A stretch of DNA of 64,000 nt from Eledone cirrhosa (Eukaryota). The translations under genes were made by a program, and so were the position numbers. Of this stretch, positions 15,236 through 27,654 are shown one piece after another; positions within the stretch are counted from its first letter, which is position 1; the number at the start of each line of letters is the position of its first letter. The stretch covers positions 1,674,001 through 1,738,000 of the forward strand of contig OZ024765.1 in NCBI GenBank assembly GCA_964016885.1, written 5' to 3'. Below the pieces are notes generated by a model, which saw only the letters and a program-made list of their open reading frames with translations, made no database searches and was not told the DNA's origin.

Positions 15236-15256
15236 ATATATATATATGTATATATG

Positions 15257-15357
<101 letters not shown>

Positions 15358-15414
15358 ATATATATATGTATGTATGTGTATATATGTATATATATATATA
15401 TATGTATATATGTA

Positions 15415-15447
<33 letters not shown>

Positions 15448-15456
15448 GTATATATG

Positions 15457-15493
<37 letters not shown>

Positions 15494-15494
15494 G

Positions 15495-15526
<32 letters not shown>

Positions 15527-15574
15527 GTCCCACCCTTGCAAGCAGAGAAAAGTGGCCGTAAAATGATGATGATG

Positions 15575-15606
<32 letters not shown>

Positions 15607-15620
15607 ACATATAAATATAC

Positions 15621-15677
<57 letters not shown>

Positions 15678-15713
15678 TATATATATATATATACATACAT
15701 ATATATTTCTATA

Positions 15714-15747
<34 letters not shown>

Positions 15748-16122
15748 CATATATACATATATACATATATATCAGTTGCTAAACCACTCAGCTGAGATAA
15801 CCTTATTTTCTCTTTCTTTATCATGACAACCTAACTTGGTGTGTGTATGTGTGTGTCTCTGTGTATGTGTGTGTCTTTGTGTATGTGTGTGTCTTTATGT
15901 GTATGTGTGTCTGTGTCTCTACCTGTGTGTGTATGTGTGTGTCTCTGTTTATGTGTGTCTATCTCTACCTGTGTGTGTATGTGTGTCTCTATGTGTGTGT
16001 CTATCTCTACCTGTGAGTGTATGTGTGTGTCTTTGTGTATGTATGTGTCTGTGTCTCTACCTGTGTGTGTGTGTGTCTCTGTCTGTATTTACCAAGCTGT
16101 CAGTATATGTCTTTTTGTGTGT

Positions 16123-16200
<78 letters not shown>

Positions 16201-16254
16201 GTGTGTGTATATGTATATATATATATATATGTGTATGTATATATATATATATAT

Positions 16255-16800
16255 ATGTTCAATTCTCAGACCGGGTGATGTGTTGTTTCCTTGAGCAAGA
16301 CACTTTATTTCACATTGCTCCAGTTTACTCAGCTGTAGAAATGAGATGATAGGGACTGGGGTCCCTATCATTCCACTGCAAAGTGGTCGTGGGGGTGCCA
16401 CGGCAAAAAAGCACCCAGCACTCACTGTAAATGAGGTTGGTGTTAGGAAGGGCATCCAGCTGTAGAAATCAAGTCAGAATCAGTTCCCGTCCCACCCTTG
16501 CAAGCAGGGAAAAGTGGACGTAAAATGATGATGATGATGTCCACTGTGTCGATGATACAACAGTCCACACTGTAAGGTGGCCGTGTAGGGGACACGGTTA
16601 AAAGGCTCCCAGTCCACACTGTAAATGTGGTTGGTGTTAGGAAGGGCATCCTATGTAAAAAAACCCTGCCAGAGACACTTCCGTGCGAGCGAGACACGGT
16701 CTGCCGACCATTCCCGCATCAAATGGAACAAAACCATCTAACCCATGCTAGCGTGGAAGGTGGACGTTAAACGACGATGATGCTGATGATGATGATGATA
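16255..16800 (+). mobile_element. SINE family A copies in + orientation
   Basis: gttcaattctcagaccggg...ggtgttaggaagggcatccagctgtag...ggacgtaaaatgatgatg, the reverse complement of the 1707-2380 copies. Confidence 0.85.
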
Positions 16801-17039
16801 TATAGCATCATCATCATCATCATCATTTTATGTCCGCTTTTCCCTGTATATATATATATATATATATAAATATATATATCATCTTATGTCAGATTTTCCC
16901 TGCTTGCAAGGGTGGGGATGGGTCCGTTTCAGCATAGCATCTCTCCATTCGTCACGGTCCTTCGTCATCTCTCTGTGGTAGAGGTTGAAACACCCAATGA
17001 CCATGGATTCCTTAGTCCTTTCTACGTATTTTCATCATT

Positions 17040-17560
17040 ATCATCATCGTTTAACGTCTATCTTCCACGCTAGCATGGGTTAGGCAAGAGTGGTTGGGTG
17101 ACCTTGTCTCGCTCGTATAGGACTATCTGGCAGGTTTTCTACAGCTGGATGCCCTTCCTAACACCAACCAAATTTACAGTGTGGACTGTGTTTTTTGTCA
17201 TCACACCTACACGACCACTCTACAGTGTGGACTGTGTGTTTTTTGTCATCACACCTACACGACCACTCTACAGTGTGGACTGTGTGTTTTTTGTCATCAC
17301 ACCTACACGACCACTCTACAGTGTGGACTGTGTGTTTTTTGTCATCACACCTACACGACCACTCTACAGTGTGGACTGTGTGTTTTTTGTCATCACACCT
17401 ACACGACCACTCTACAGTGTGGACTGTGTGTTTTTTGTCATCACACCTACACGACCACTCTACAGTGTGGACTGTGTGTTTTTTGTCATCACACCTACAC
17501 GACCACTTTACAGTGTGGACTGTGTGTTTTTTGTTGTGATACCTACATCACCTCATTAGT
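17040..17560 (-). repeat. SINE A with internal 48-bp segment tandemly amplified (about 7-8 units)
   Basis: SINE tail and ggatgcccttcctaacacc followed by repeats of tacagtgtggactgtgtgttttttgtcatcacacctacacgaccactc. Confidence 0.88.
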
Positions 17561-17825
17561 TTGGACTGGATGTTGTCGTACCTTGAAAAATAATTTGTTA
17601 AGGTTTCCTCGTAAAAAAGATTTTCCTTTTGTTTCCGTTGGTTGTCTTGTCCTGACGTGCAGTGCGTTGGGTCGCTAGGATCTGCTTATCATCAGGAAGC
17701 TACAGCACACAAACTAAGATAAACAACACTCTTGTACAACGAGTATATATATATGTATATGCGTGTGTGGATACAGGTATGAATAATATATGTTAATATT
17801 ATTAAGTTTTTAATATACCTTTAAT

Positions 17826-17946
17826 CTAATCAATTTTTTTTATTCATGTTTTTCAGGTAAGAAAGGAATTTAATTATTTATTGGATTATACCGATTTGGT
17901 AAGATTGACAAATTTTTTATCTTTTAATCTTGGAATGGTGGTAAGG
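17826..17946 (+). promoter_or_regulatory. Candidate recursive splice site (ratchet point) with short downstream RS-exon
   Basis: Branch-like CTAAT at 17826-17830, T-rich tract, TTTCAG|GTAAGA at 17856/17857, then donors TTG|GTAAGA (17899) and GTG|GTAAGG (17941), in an island of non-repetitive sequence. Confidence 0.6.
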
Positions 17947-17969
17947 GGTTAATTTTCTGTGTTAATATG

Positions 17970-18457
17970 TTAACCCTTTCATTACCATATTTCTAATGAA
18001 AGACACTTTTCTATGTCATTAACCCTTTCATTACCATATTTCTAATGAAAGACACTGTCTATGTCATTAACCCTTTCATTACCATATTTCTAATGAAAGA
18101 CACTTTTCTATGTCATTAACCCTTTCATTACCATATTTCTAATGAAAGACACTGTCTATGTCATTAACCCTTTCATTACCATATTTCTAATGAAAGACAC
18201 TGTCTATGTCATTAACCCTTTCATTACCATATTTCTAATGAAAGACACTGTCTATGTCAATAACCCTTTCATTACCATATTTCTAATGAAAGACACTGTC
18301 TATGTCATTAACCCGTTCATTACCATATTTCTAATGAAAGACACTGTCAATGCCTTAAACCCTTTCATTACCATATTTCTAATGAAAGACACTGTCTATG
18401 TCATTAACCCTTTCATTACCATATTTCTAATGAAAGACACTGTCTATGTCATTAACT
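17970..18457. repeat. About 48-bp tandem array of a TTAA-CCC MITE terminus (about 10 units)
   Basis: Unit ttaaccctttcattaccatatttctaatgaaagacactgtctatgtca; single copies near 1552, 9322, 55853 and an inverted diverged copy near 48755-48781. Confidence 0.85.
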
Positions 18458-18487
18458 GTCTATGTCTATCTGTGTATATATATATAT

Positions 18488-19220
18488 CTAAGGCAGGTAA
18501 AATTCCCGAGATACATGGACAAGTTCTCTCCAGCGGTCTCTGCCCCCCATTATCGCTGCCATGTCCTGCATCTCCAAGAGACCAGTGTCTGTCTTTAGGG
18601 CATCATGGAATTTCAACCTCGGTCTCCCTCTTCTATTGTGTCCGTGTAGGGGCTCCCACAGGAGCACTGAGGATAGTGTCAACCCTGAATGTCAGTGAGC
18701 ATGTCCAGCTAACCTCAGTCTCCCTCTTCTATTGTGTCCGTGTAGGGGCTCCCACAGGAGCACTGAGTGTAGTGTCAACCCTGAATGTCAGTGAGCATGT
18801 CCAGCTAACCTCAGTCTCCCTCTTCTATTGTGTCCGTGTAGGGGCTCCCACAGGAGCACTGAGTGTAGTGTCAACCCTGAATGTCAGTGGGCATGTCCAG
18901 CTAACCTCAGTCTCCCTCTTCTATTGTGTCCGTGTAGGGGCTCCCACAGGAGCACTGAGTGTAGTGTCAACCCTGAATGTCAGTGAGCATGTCCAGCTAA
19001 CCTCAGTCTCCCTCTTCTATTGTGTCCGTGTAGGGGCTCCCACAGGAGCACTGAGTGTAGTGTCAACCCTGAATGTCAGTGAGTATGTCCAGCTAACCTC
19101 AGTCTCCCTCTTCTATTGTGTCCGTGTAGGGGCTCCCACAGGAGCACTGAGTGTAGTGTCAACCCTGAATGTCAGTGAGTATGTCCAGCTAACCTCAGTC
19201 TCCTCTGTGTTACTTTGGAG
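18488..19220 (-). mobile_element. RTE-like LINE 3' fragment with 96-bp tandem expansion (about 6 units)
   Basis: - strand LRLAGH.H...TL.SVLLWEPLHGHNRRGRP...DALKTDTGL...GRDRWR; unexpanded relatives at 19577-19710 and 37354-37480. Confidence 0.8.
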
Positions 19221-19454
19221 TTATATAAATATATCCAGGCATAACTTGAACCGTTAAGGTATATACTTCTTGGTTATGTCAAAAATTATGAAACACACTT
19301 CATATTTTATCTGATGATAGCGCGTAGATCCTAGATCCGCTAAGGTGAAACAATTGTTCTCGGTATGGTGAACTAACTGTTGTGTTACTACTTCTACCTA
19401 ACTCGTCCCATGGACTGAGTGTTCTACCACTACGGATATTACCTTCCAGTGTTC

Positions 19455-19560
<106 letters not shown>

Positions 19561-20086
19561 CATACATACATACATATCCTTGGTCTCCCTCTTCTAGTGT
19601 GACCAAGTAGGGGCTCACACAGGACCACTGAGTGCAGTGTCAACCCTGAATGTCGGTGAGCATGTCCTGCTAACCTCAGTCTCCTCTGTGTTACTTTCTA
19701 GCTGACTTTTGTATATATATATATATATGTATGTATGTATATATATAAATATCTATGTATGTATGTATGTATTTATATGTATATATATACATACACACAT
19801 ATATATACACACATACCGCCACCTCCTCCTCACCAGTTAGCCCCTCCCTCCCCCTTTATTAGTCTGTCCTACTCTCTCTCTCTGGACAGTTGAGCTATGT
19901 CAGGAATGTCACTACTACCACTACTACTACCACTACTACTACTACCACTACTATCTTTTGATGAATATAAAGGTACCTTTGTTTCCCCACCCCTATTCCC
20001 TACCAACACTACCCCGCCACTCCCCTCCCCCCTATTCTGACTACTGCCATATGTGAGTGCATGTCATGTAAATGTGTGTATAATGC

Positions 20087-20148
<62 letters not shown>

Positions 20149-20185
20149 GTATGTATATATATATACATATATATATATATGTATG

Positions 20186-20258
<73 letters not shown>

Positions 20259-20721
20259 ATATATATACATATATATATATATGTATGTATGTATGTATAT
20301 GTATATATATATCATCATCATCACCATTTTACGTCCGTTCTTCCTCGCTAGCATGGGTTAGACGGGTTGTCCTGTTGTGGGCAGTGTCCAGTCGGCTGAC
20401 CTTGTCTTGCTCATACGGGAACTGATTCTGGCTTAGTAGAGTGTGTATATATATAAATATATAAATATATATATATAAATATATATATATATGTATATAC
20501 TATATATACTATATATATATATATATAAATATATATATATAAATATATATATATACTATATATATATATAAATATATATATATATCCCACTCTCCAGAGC
20601 GTGAAATTAATAAACATTCGTTGTACTGCCTCTCTGTTTTGTTCCTGTTCAAACTTTCTATTATATATATATACTATATATATATATAAATATATATATA
20701 TATATCTACTATATATACTAT

Positions 20722-20753
<32 letters not shown>

Positions 20754-20799
20754 CTACTATATATACTATATATATATATAAATATATATATATATAAAT

Positions 20800-20831
<32 letters not shown>

Positions 20832-20845
20832 CTACTATATATACT

Positions 20846-20877
<32 letters not shown>

Positions 20878-20997
20878 CTACTATATATACTATATATATA
20901 TATAAATATATATATATATAAAAGATCTTGTTAAGGGTGAAAGCAGCGATTCTTTGCTTAAACTTTAATCTGTTCTTATAATAGATATTTTCTCTAC

Positions 20998-22010
<1,013 letters not shown>

Positions 22011-22247
22011 GGTTTCTTTATTTGCCACTAGGGCACAAAAGGTAGGGACAGATACAAGGGGGGAAGTTTACATATAATTAACGAGTACAAAAATATAACA
22101 ATGAAATAACAACAACAAACGAAGTCCTCAATAGGGAGGGGGCATTAACATGGGTCGCACACACCCCGGAAAAAATGTGTAACCCTTCTCCTCAGGAGCA
22201 CAAAGAGTAGGTGCTTCCCTCGTCTCCTCTTTTTCCTCTTCTTTCAC

Positions 22248-25200
22248 CTACAGGCTGATATAGAGAGAAGACCCATTCACTCTGGCCATTCTCCCTACTT
22301 TCACCCACCTTTCATAAAACTTGCTGGGGTAGAGCACCTCTCTCTCCATTCTGATCCTTCTTTTAAAATGGTATTTGAAAAAGGGGACCAGTTGTTGGCC
22401 GGAGAGAAAGGTGTCTGACCTCAGCCCTTTCAGCCTCGTCCACCATACAACTTCTTTAGCCATGGCTACCACACAGAGAAAAACCGCCTCTCCTTCGTTT
22501 TTGAAAGGGGGAGGCGGTTTGATCGTGACAATGGACTCGGTGGTCAACCGGATTGGTCCCACCCTCGACAGTAGTCGTTCCACATAGCCCCACAGGTCAG
22601 CAATGCCTGGGCAGTGTACGAATGCGTGCGCAACGGTTTCGTCATCATGCACGCATCTCGGACAGATCTTATTCAAAGGATCTCTACCCAGGCTCCCATG
22701 CCTGTGGAGCTTGTCTCGAACGGGTAGAGCCCCTCGGTAGCACTGCCAAGCCAGGGACTTTTGGAAGTTGTCCATCGGTCCAGGGCCAAACGTCCTACCG
22801 AACAGACTGGCCAGTTCATCTTCCTCCATGCCTAGAGCTTCTCCGAGAGCATCGTCGCACCTGCTGCGTACCAACCCTCTATAGAATGTCGAGGTGGAGT
22901 CTCCACTGATTGCCGGGTCCGCTTTCCAGAGGGCCGTGAGCGCCTGGGCACATTCAATGTGCCAGTCGCCCACTTTTCTCGGTCTTTGCTTGACCCAGGA
23001 TTGCAGCTCGGTGAGCGAGACGAGTCTGGGAAAGGCTCGCCTCACAAACGGGGCCCACACCGGTTGACCGGTGAGGAATACCTGGAGGTGCCGTAGCCTT
23101 AATGCGTGTTTACGCATCTGTAGCCACGGCATCCCCAGCCCTCCTTTCGAAGGGTGTTGACAGCAGATGGATCTCCTCACCAAAGGGGTCCGCTTGTTCC
23201 AAAGAAATTGGAACAGCGCGCACTCCATTTTGGCGAGTCTTTTCACTGGGCAAGGCACGACGGTCAAGCGGTAGTAGATGACGGATGCTATATAAGTATT
23301 CGCCACCTCCGCTCGACCTTTCAGGGATAGTTTGCACTGGGCCCACTTCTGGGTGAGTGCAAACACCCTGGCCGTTACCTCGTTCCAGTTTTTCTCCACC
23401 TGGAGGTCTGGTCCGAACCAGACCCCAAGCAGCTTCACCGGGCCCTCCGTCCAGCGTCCGACGACGTCGTTGGAGGGCATCGGTTTGCCTCTCCATGTTC
23501 CGAGTTGCAAACCGACGGACTTGTCCCGGTTCAGCTTGGCTCCTGTAAACCTTTCATATTCCTCCAGTAAGGTGCCGATCTCACCGATTTGCGAGGTTTT
23601 CGACACCATTACTGTCACGTCATCGGCGTAGGCCGACGCCGCTTTCTGCAATCCCGGTTCCAAAGGGATGCCCTGCAACCGCTCCAACTTCCGCAGTAGT
23701 GGCTCAAGAGCCAGCACATACAGTAGGGAGGAGAGAGGGCATCCCTGTCGGATGGATCGCATGATTTGGAACGGCTCCGAGAGGTGGCCGTTCACCTTGA
23801 CCCTTGAGCAGACGTTGCTGCTGTGCATCGCAGCAATCCAACCCCTGAAAACGGGTCCGAAGCCTGCCGCCGCGAGCACCGCATCCAGGTAACGATGGTC
23901 AACCCTATCGAAAGCTTTAGATTGATCCAAGTTGATCAGGGCCCCACCAAAGCCGGGTTCATTCCCTACCCTCTCTATGATGTATCGCATAAGGTGGAGA
24001 TTGTCGTGAATGGACCTGGACGGGATTGCGCATGTCTGCGCTTCTCCCACCAGGTTTCCAACGACAAGCGCCAACCTCTTCGCTAACACCTTGGCCAAAA
24101 TCTTTAACTCTGTATTTAGCAGAGTTATGGGCCTGAAGTTACTTATGTCATCCCCCTTGTTCTCATCCTTCCTCACCAGCGTAACTACGCCCTTGGTCAC
24201 AGAACTGGGAATTCTCCCGTTCTGCTGCCAGTTGCAGTAGACCGCTTCGAGGATATCGGAGAACAAGTCCGGCATCGCTACATATAGCTCGTATGGTAGA
24301 CCATCGAGACCCGGGGATTTGCGTTTGCCGCATTGGCTCAGCGCCGCCCCTATCTCAGCAGCTGAAATCGTCCTTTCGCAGGACTTCGCCTCCGCGTCCG
24401 AGAGGCGCGGCAGACCGTCGAGGTATGGATTGAAATCCATAGTCTCACCCGGTGCGCCGCCCCTCTCGAACAGTCGTGCAAAGTGCCGCTGAAAGGCCGC
24501 ACACATCTGCCCAGGTTCAAGGATCACACGCCCATCCTGGTCCTTCAAAGACCGAATCGTGGACTTGTTCCCACTTTTTGCCTCTGTCACTCGGGCCCAG
24601 CTTACAGCTTTGGCTCCCTCATTACCCAGAGCACGTATTTTACTCCTGACAACGCAGCCTTCATGCTTCACCTCAAAGAACTGGTCTAAGGCCATTCTTG
24701 ATGCCAGCACGCCGGCTACATTGCCACTCCTAATCGCCTCTTCTACTCTATCTACTAATTCCCTTTCCGTCTTGTTCCTATCCCTTGCTAATTCCTGACT
24801 AAAACCTATCGATTCTATTCTAATTGCTCTCTTAAGAGAGCTCCACCACCTGTTGTTGACAATTGCCCCTGTCAAACTCTGCTTGACTAACGTGCTAATC
24901 CGTTTACTGTAAGCTTTGCTTCTCGGTAAGGACAAGTTCAGCTTCCAGTAACCGGGTCCCTGTCTATGGGTTCTATCAAGGTTGGCTATGCAGGTCACTA
25001 ACTTGTGATCCGAATAGTCAACCATGAACATTTTTGGACAGCTAAATGTGTCCCTATCGTTCTCTCTAACTAGGACCCTATCTAGGTACGACCTAGATGT
25101 TCCACTGCGATTGGTCCACGTCCATAGTGGTACAGTCGGAAAATCTAGTCGATATCTATCGGCCAGGTCAAATCGGCCGATTAACCTTTTGAGGCTTTTA

Positions 25201-25685
25201 CACCCCCCTCTATTGGCACATGCCCCTACATAGTCCCAACGTGCATCCAGGATACCATTCCAGTCCCCCACTAAAAGCAAGGAGCGGGACGTTCCCAGAA
25301 AAGTTTCCAGACGTTGGAAGTATTCCGGCCGCGCTGCCCAAAAAGGGGCGTACACAGCTATTAGTCTAAGGGCTCCACTTTCACTACTGCCGACGTCTAA
25401 AACCACCAGTCGACCCTCCGGGTCCAGGTGCACCTTCTGTATGGCGAGGCCCAGGTGTTTTCGCAGCAGAACGACAACTCCACCCCCACCCCCCGGTTGA
25501 CAGAGAGATGCGAAGATCTCAAAGTCGTCGAAGAGGGGCGCCAGTTGGTGCTCGCTGCTGATCCTGGACTCGCAAATAGCCATTACATCCATTCTATGCG
25601 ACCTGAGATCGTTTAAAAGTTTGCCTTGTTTCCAAGACAGTCCCAGGCCACGTACATTCAGACACCCAACTCTTATATCAGCCAT
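22248..25685 (-). CDS. Tx1-type ORF2: AP endonuclease, reverse transcriptase, C-terminal zinc finger (1145 aa)
   Basis: APE motifs CLNVRG, ICES, GDWN, SYLDR, SDH; RT motifs KSPGLDG, FRPITLLN, LDQSKAFDRVDH, RQGCPLS, YADD; C-terminal CPRC..ETVAHAFVHC. No stops or frameshifts. Confidence 0.96.
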   Translation of the reverse strand: MADIRVGCLNVRGLGLSWKQGKLLNDLRSHRMDVMAICESRISSEHQLAPLFDDFEIFASLCQPGGGGGVVVLLRKHLGLAIQKVHLDPEGRLVVLDVGSSESGALRLIAVYAPFWAARPEYFQRLETFLGTSRSLLLVGDWNGILDARWDYVGACANRGGCKSLKRLIGRFDLADRYRLDFPTVPLWTWTNRSGTSRSYLDRVLVRENDRDTFSCPKMFMVDYSDHKLVTCIANLDRTHRQGPGYWKLNLSLPRSKAYSKRISTLVKQSLTGAIVNNRWWSSLKRAIRIESIGFSQELARDRNKTERELVDRVEEAIRSGNVAGVLASRMALDQFFEVKHEGCVVRSKIRALGNEGAKAVSWARVTEAKSGNKSTIRSLKDQDGRVILEPGQMCAAFQRHFARLFERGGAPGETMDFNPYLDGLPRLSDAEAKSCERTISAAEIGAALSQCGKRKSPGLDGLPYELYVAMPDLFSDILEAVYCNWQQNGRIPSSVTKGVVTLVRKDENKGDDISNFRPITLLNTELKILAKVLAKRLALVVGNLVGEAQTCAIPSRSIHDNLHLMRYIIERVGNEPGFGGALINLDQSKAFDRVDHRYLDAVLAAAGFGPVFRGWIAAMHSSNVCSRVKVNGHLSEPFQIMRSIRQGCPLSSLLYVLALEPLLRKLERLQGIPLEPGLQKAASAYADDVTVMVSKTSQIGEIGTLLEEYERFTGAKLNRDKSVGLQLGTWRGKPMPSNDVVGRWTEGPVKLLGVWFGPDLQVEKNWNEVTARVFALTQKWAQCKLSLKGRAEVANTYIASVIYYRLTVVPCPVKRLAKMECALFQFLWNKRTPLVRRSICCQHPSKGGLGMPWLQMRKHALRLRHLQVFLTGQPVWAPFVRRAFPRLVSLTELQSWVKQRPRKVGDWHIECAQALTALWKADPAISGDSTSTFYRGLVRSRCDDALGEALGMEEDELASLFGRTFGPGPMDNFQKSLAWQCYRGALPVRDKLHRHGSLGRDPLNKICPRCVHDDETVAHAFVHCPGIADLWGYVERLLSRVGPIRLTTESIVTIKPPPPFKNEGEAVFLCVVAMAKEVVWWTRLKGLRSDTFLSGQQLVPFFKYHFKRRIRMEREVLYPSKFYERWVKVGRMARVNGSSLYISL

Positions 25686-25706
25686 GTTGGTTAAAAGAGG
25701 AAGGAC

Positions 25707-27443
25707 CTACCTGTTCGGCTCCTGAGGAGCAGGTTGCACAATATCCATGGGCGTATTGGAGGGGTTGTTTGGTGGGGTGTTGTTCTGTGGTGGAGTGGGG
25801 GTGTTTGGTGAGGTGTGGGTGGGGAAACGTTTCAAGAGGACGCGGTTATAGGGTCGAGTACATGTTTTCCCCACGTCCTCAGGAAAGTTCTCTCTTAGTT
25901 TTGCATAGGTGTCCATTGGGAGTCTTATCATTTTTAAATGCGGTTTGTTGGCCGCGCTTGCAAAGAATTGTCCTTCAGTTTCCACCAAAGGGTCTTTGTG
26001 TATTGTTTTTACTAGTTCTTTGTTATTTGTGTTAATGTATGTATACTGTTTTATTTGTGTTGTGTTTGTTTGTTGTTCTTGTGTGTGCTTACGTTTTGTT
26101 GTATGTGTTATGTTTTGGGGTGGGGCGGATTTTGTTTGTTCTGTTTGTTTTGTTTTTGTTGGTGGTTGTGTGTTTGTTTCGTTTATGTTCGAGTGGTGCT
26201 TTCTTTTTTTCCTTTTTACAGGTTGGAAGGGTTCCCCCTCTTCGTCACTAGGTGCCGTTTCCGCTGGGTCCTCGTCCGTGCTGTCGGGTAGTGGTGTATT
26301 TTGGGGTTTTGTTGTATTTGTGTGTGTTTTGGGAGTTGTTTTGGGTGGGGCCGTGTCTTGTGTTATTTTTCCCTGTTGTTTTTGTTGTTGTTGTGGTGGT
26401 GGTGGTGGTGGTGGTGGTGGTGGTGGCGGTGGTGGTGTGTGGGGTGTAGGCAAAAGAGCCTTTTTTTTTGTCAATTGAGGACAAGCAGCCCTTAGATGAC
26501 CCCTGCTTGAACAGTAGTAACATATGGGCCTCCTACCCTCGGCTGAAATATATATAAATGTTTCTCCATCGAGGGACACCCTCTGTGGTATTCTAGCGAT
26601 TCGTTCTGGTCTCATTTGGACCAGAACCTCCACGCTCAAACCGCCGAAAACGTCTGTGGTGACTTCTCCTACTGAGAGGATTCCGTCCTCGTCTTCTAAA
26701 AACCCTGTTAGTACCCAGGAAATGCATGCATTTGGCCGGATTCCGGAGACCCTTATCTTCTGCGTTCTTTTCCCTAAATATGTGGGGAAAAATGTATGTA
26801 GCTTGGAAACAATTGGTGCCACAGAGTATTTCCTGGCCGTCAATTGATCCTTCATTAGGACCGTTATATTCCCATAGAGTGGCCCTTTTTGTATGAACGA
26901 TATATCACTCCACACATTTTTTAGGACCAGCTCAATCTCTTTTTGGGATAATTGAGTTGGTTTCCTTGTTATGTTGGAAATTGTTCTGAAAGATATCGTT
27001 CTTAGCGTCGTGTCTCTTTTGATTTCTTGTGGGGAGGTGATTGTGAAGTCTCCTCCTTCTTTGAAAGTTACATACTGTTTCGCTTCCTTCATCTTTTCTC
27101 TCAGAGTTGTAATGTCCAGTTGCTTGCAGGTTTGTGTTTTCCGGACCGCCTGTGCAAAGGAGGTACCAGTAGTGGGTTCGCTTTGTTTGGTGTTATCGTT
27201 ATTTTTTCCTTGGTTGGTGTTGTGACTATTGCTGTTATTGTCGTTGTTGTTTTTGTCTGCGTTTATGTGACTTTCTGGGTTTTCACCCATTTTTTCAAAT
27301 TTTTCTTTTAATTCCGTGTTCCATGTTTCTTTTGCAGAAGTCAGGAGGGAAGACTTAGAGCCTTGTGCTTCTAGCTTCTCTGTATCACCTTTCTTAGGGG
27401 GCGTGGCTTTCACGTTAGGATGAGATGTGAAAATTCCGTCCAT
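25707..27443 (-). CDS. Tx1-type ORF1 (gag-like nucleic-acid-binding protein)
   Basis: Open frame extends to 27536; first ATG at 27443 (MDGIFTSHP). CCHC knuckle CYYCSSRGHLRAAC, poly-Pro/Gln linker, acidic patch followed by basic FQPVKRKKRK. Directly upstream of ORF2. Confidence 0.88.
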   Translation of the reverse strand: MDGIFTSHPNVKATPPKKGDTEKLEAQGSKSSLLTSAKETWNTELKEKFEKMGENPESHINADKNNNDNNSNSHNTNQGKNNDNTKQSEPTTGTSFAQAVRKTQTCKQLDITTLREKMKEAKQYVTFKEGGDFTITSPQEIKRDTTLRTISFRTISNITRKPTQLSQKEIELVLKNVWSDISFIQKGPLYGNITVLMKDQLTARKYSVAPIVSKLHTFFPTYLGKRTQKIRVSGIRPNACISWVLTGFLEDEDGILSVGEVTTDVFGGLSVEVLVQMRPERIARIPQRVSLDGETFIYISAEGRRPICYYCSSRGHLRAACPQLTKKKALLPTPHTPPPPPPPPPPPPPPQQQQKQQGKITQDTAPPKTTPKTHTNTTKPQNTPLPDSTDEDPAETAPSDEEGEPFQPVKRKKRKHHSNINETNTQPPTKTKQTEQTKSAPPQNITHTTKRKHTQEQQTNTTQIKQYTYINTNNKELVKTIHKDPLVETEGQFFASAANKPHLKMIRLPMDTYAKLRENFPEDVGKTCTRPYNRVLLKRFPTHTSPNTPTPPQNNTPPNNPSNTPMDIVQPAPQEPNR

Positions 27444-27654
27444 TTCTATTAGTTTGCCGTAATAAATTTTTAACTGGAAAATTCGCCCCAAAAAGGGGCG
27501 AAAATAAATAAACTCAAAGTTTGACGACCAAGGCAAGGGGTTAACGTATATTACAGTATAAAAAAATTAATCAAAACTCACTTTTTGAGTAAGTAAATCC
27601 GACTCGGTAGCCGAGCTTGTTCACACACGTCAACACACGTCTCTCGTATACGAG

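Larger units (their letters stand above)
22011..27654 (-). mobile_element. Full-length L1/Tx1-clade non-LTR retrotransposon with two intact ORFs
   Basis: ORF1 (zinc knuckle) and ORF2 (APE-RT-zinc finger) separated by 21 nt, short UTRs, sharp boundaries with the 60-bp array on both sides, AATAAA 6 nt before the 3' end. Confidence 0.93.
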
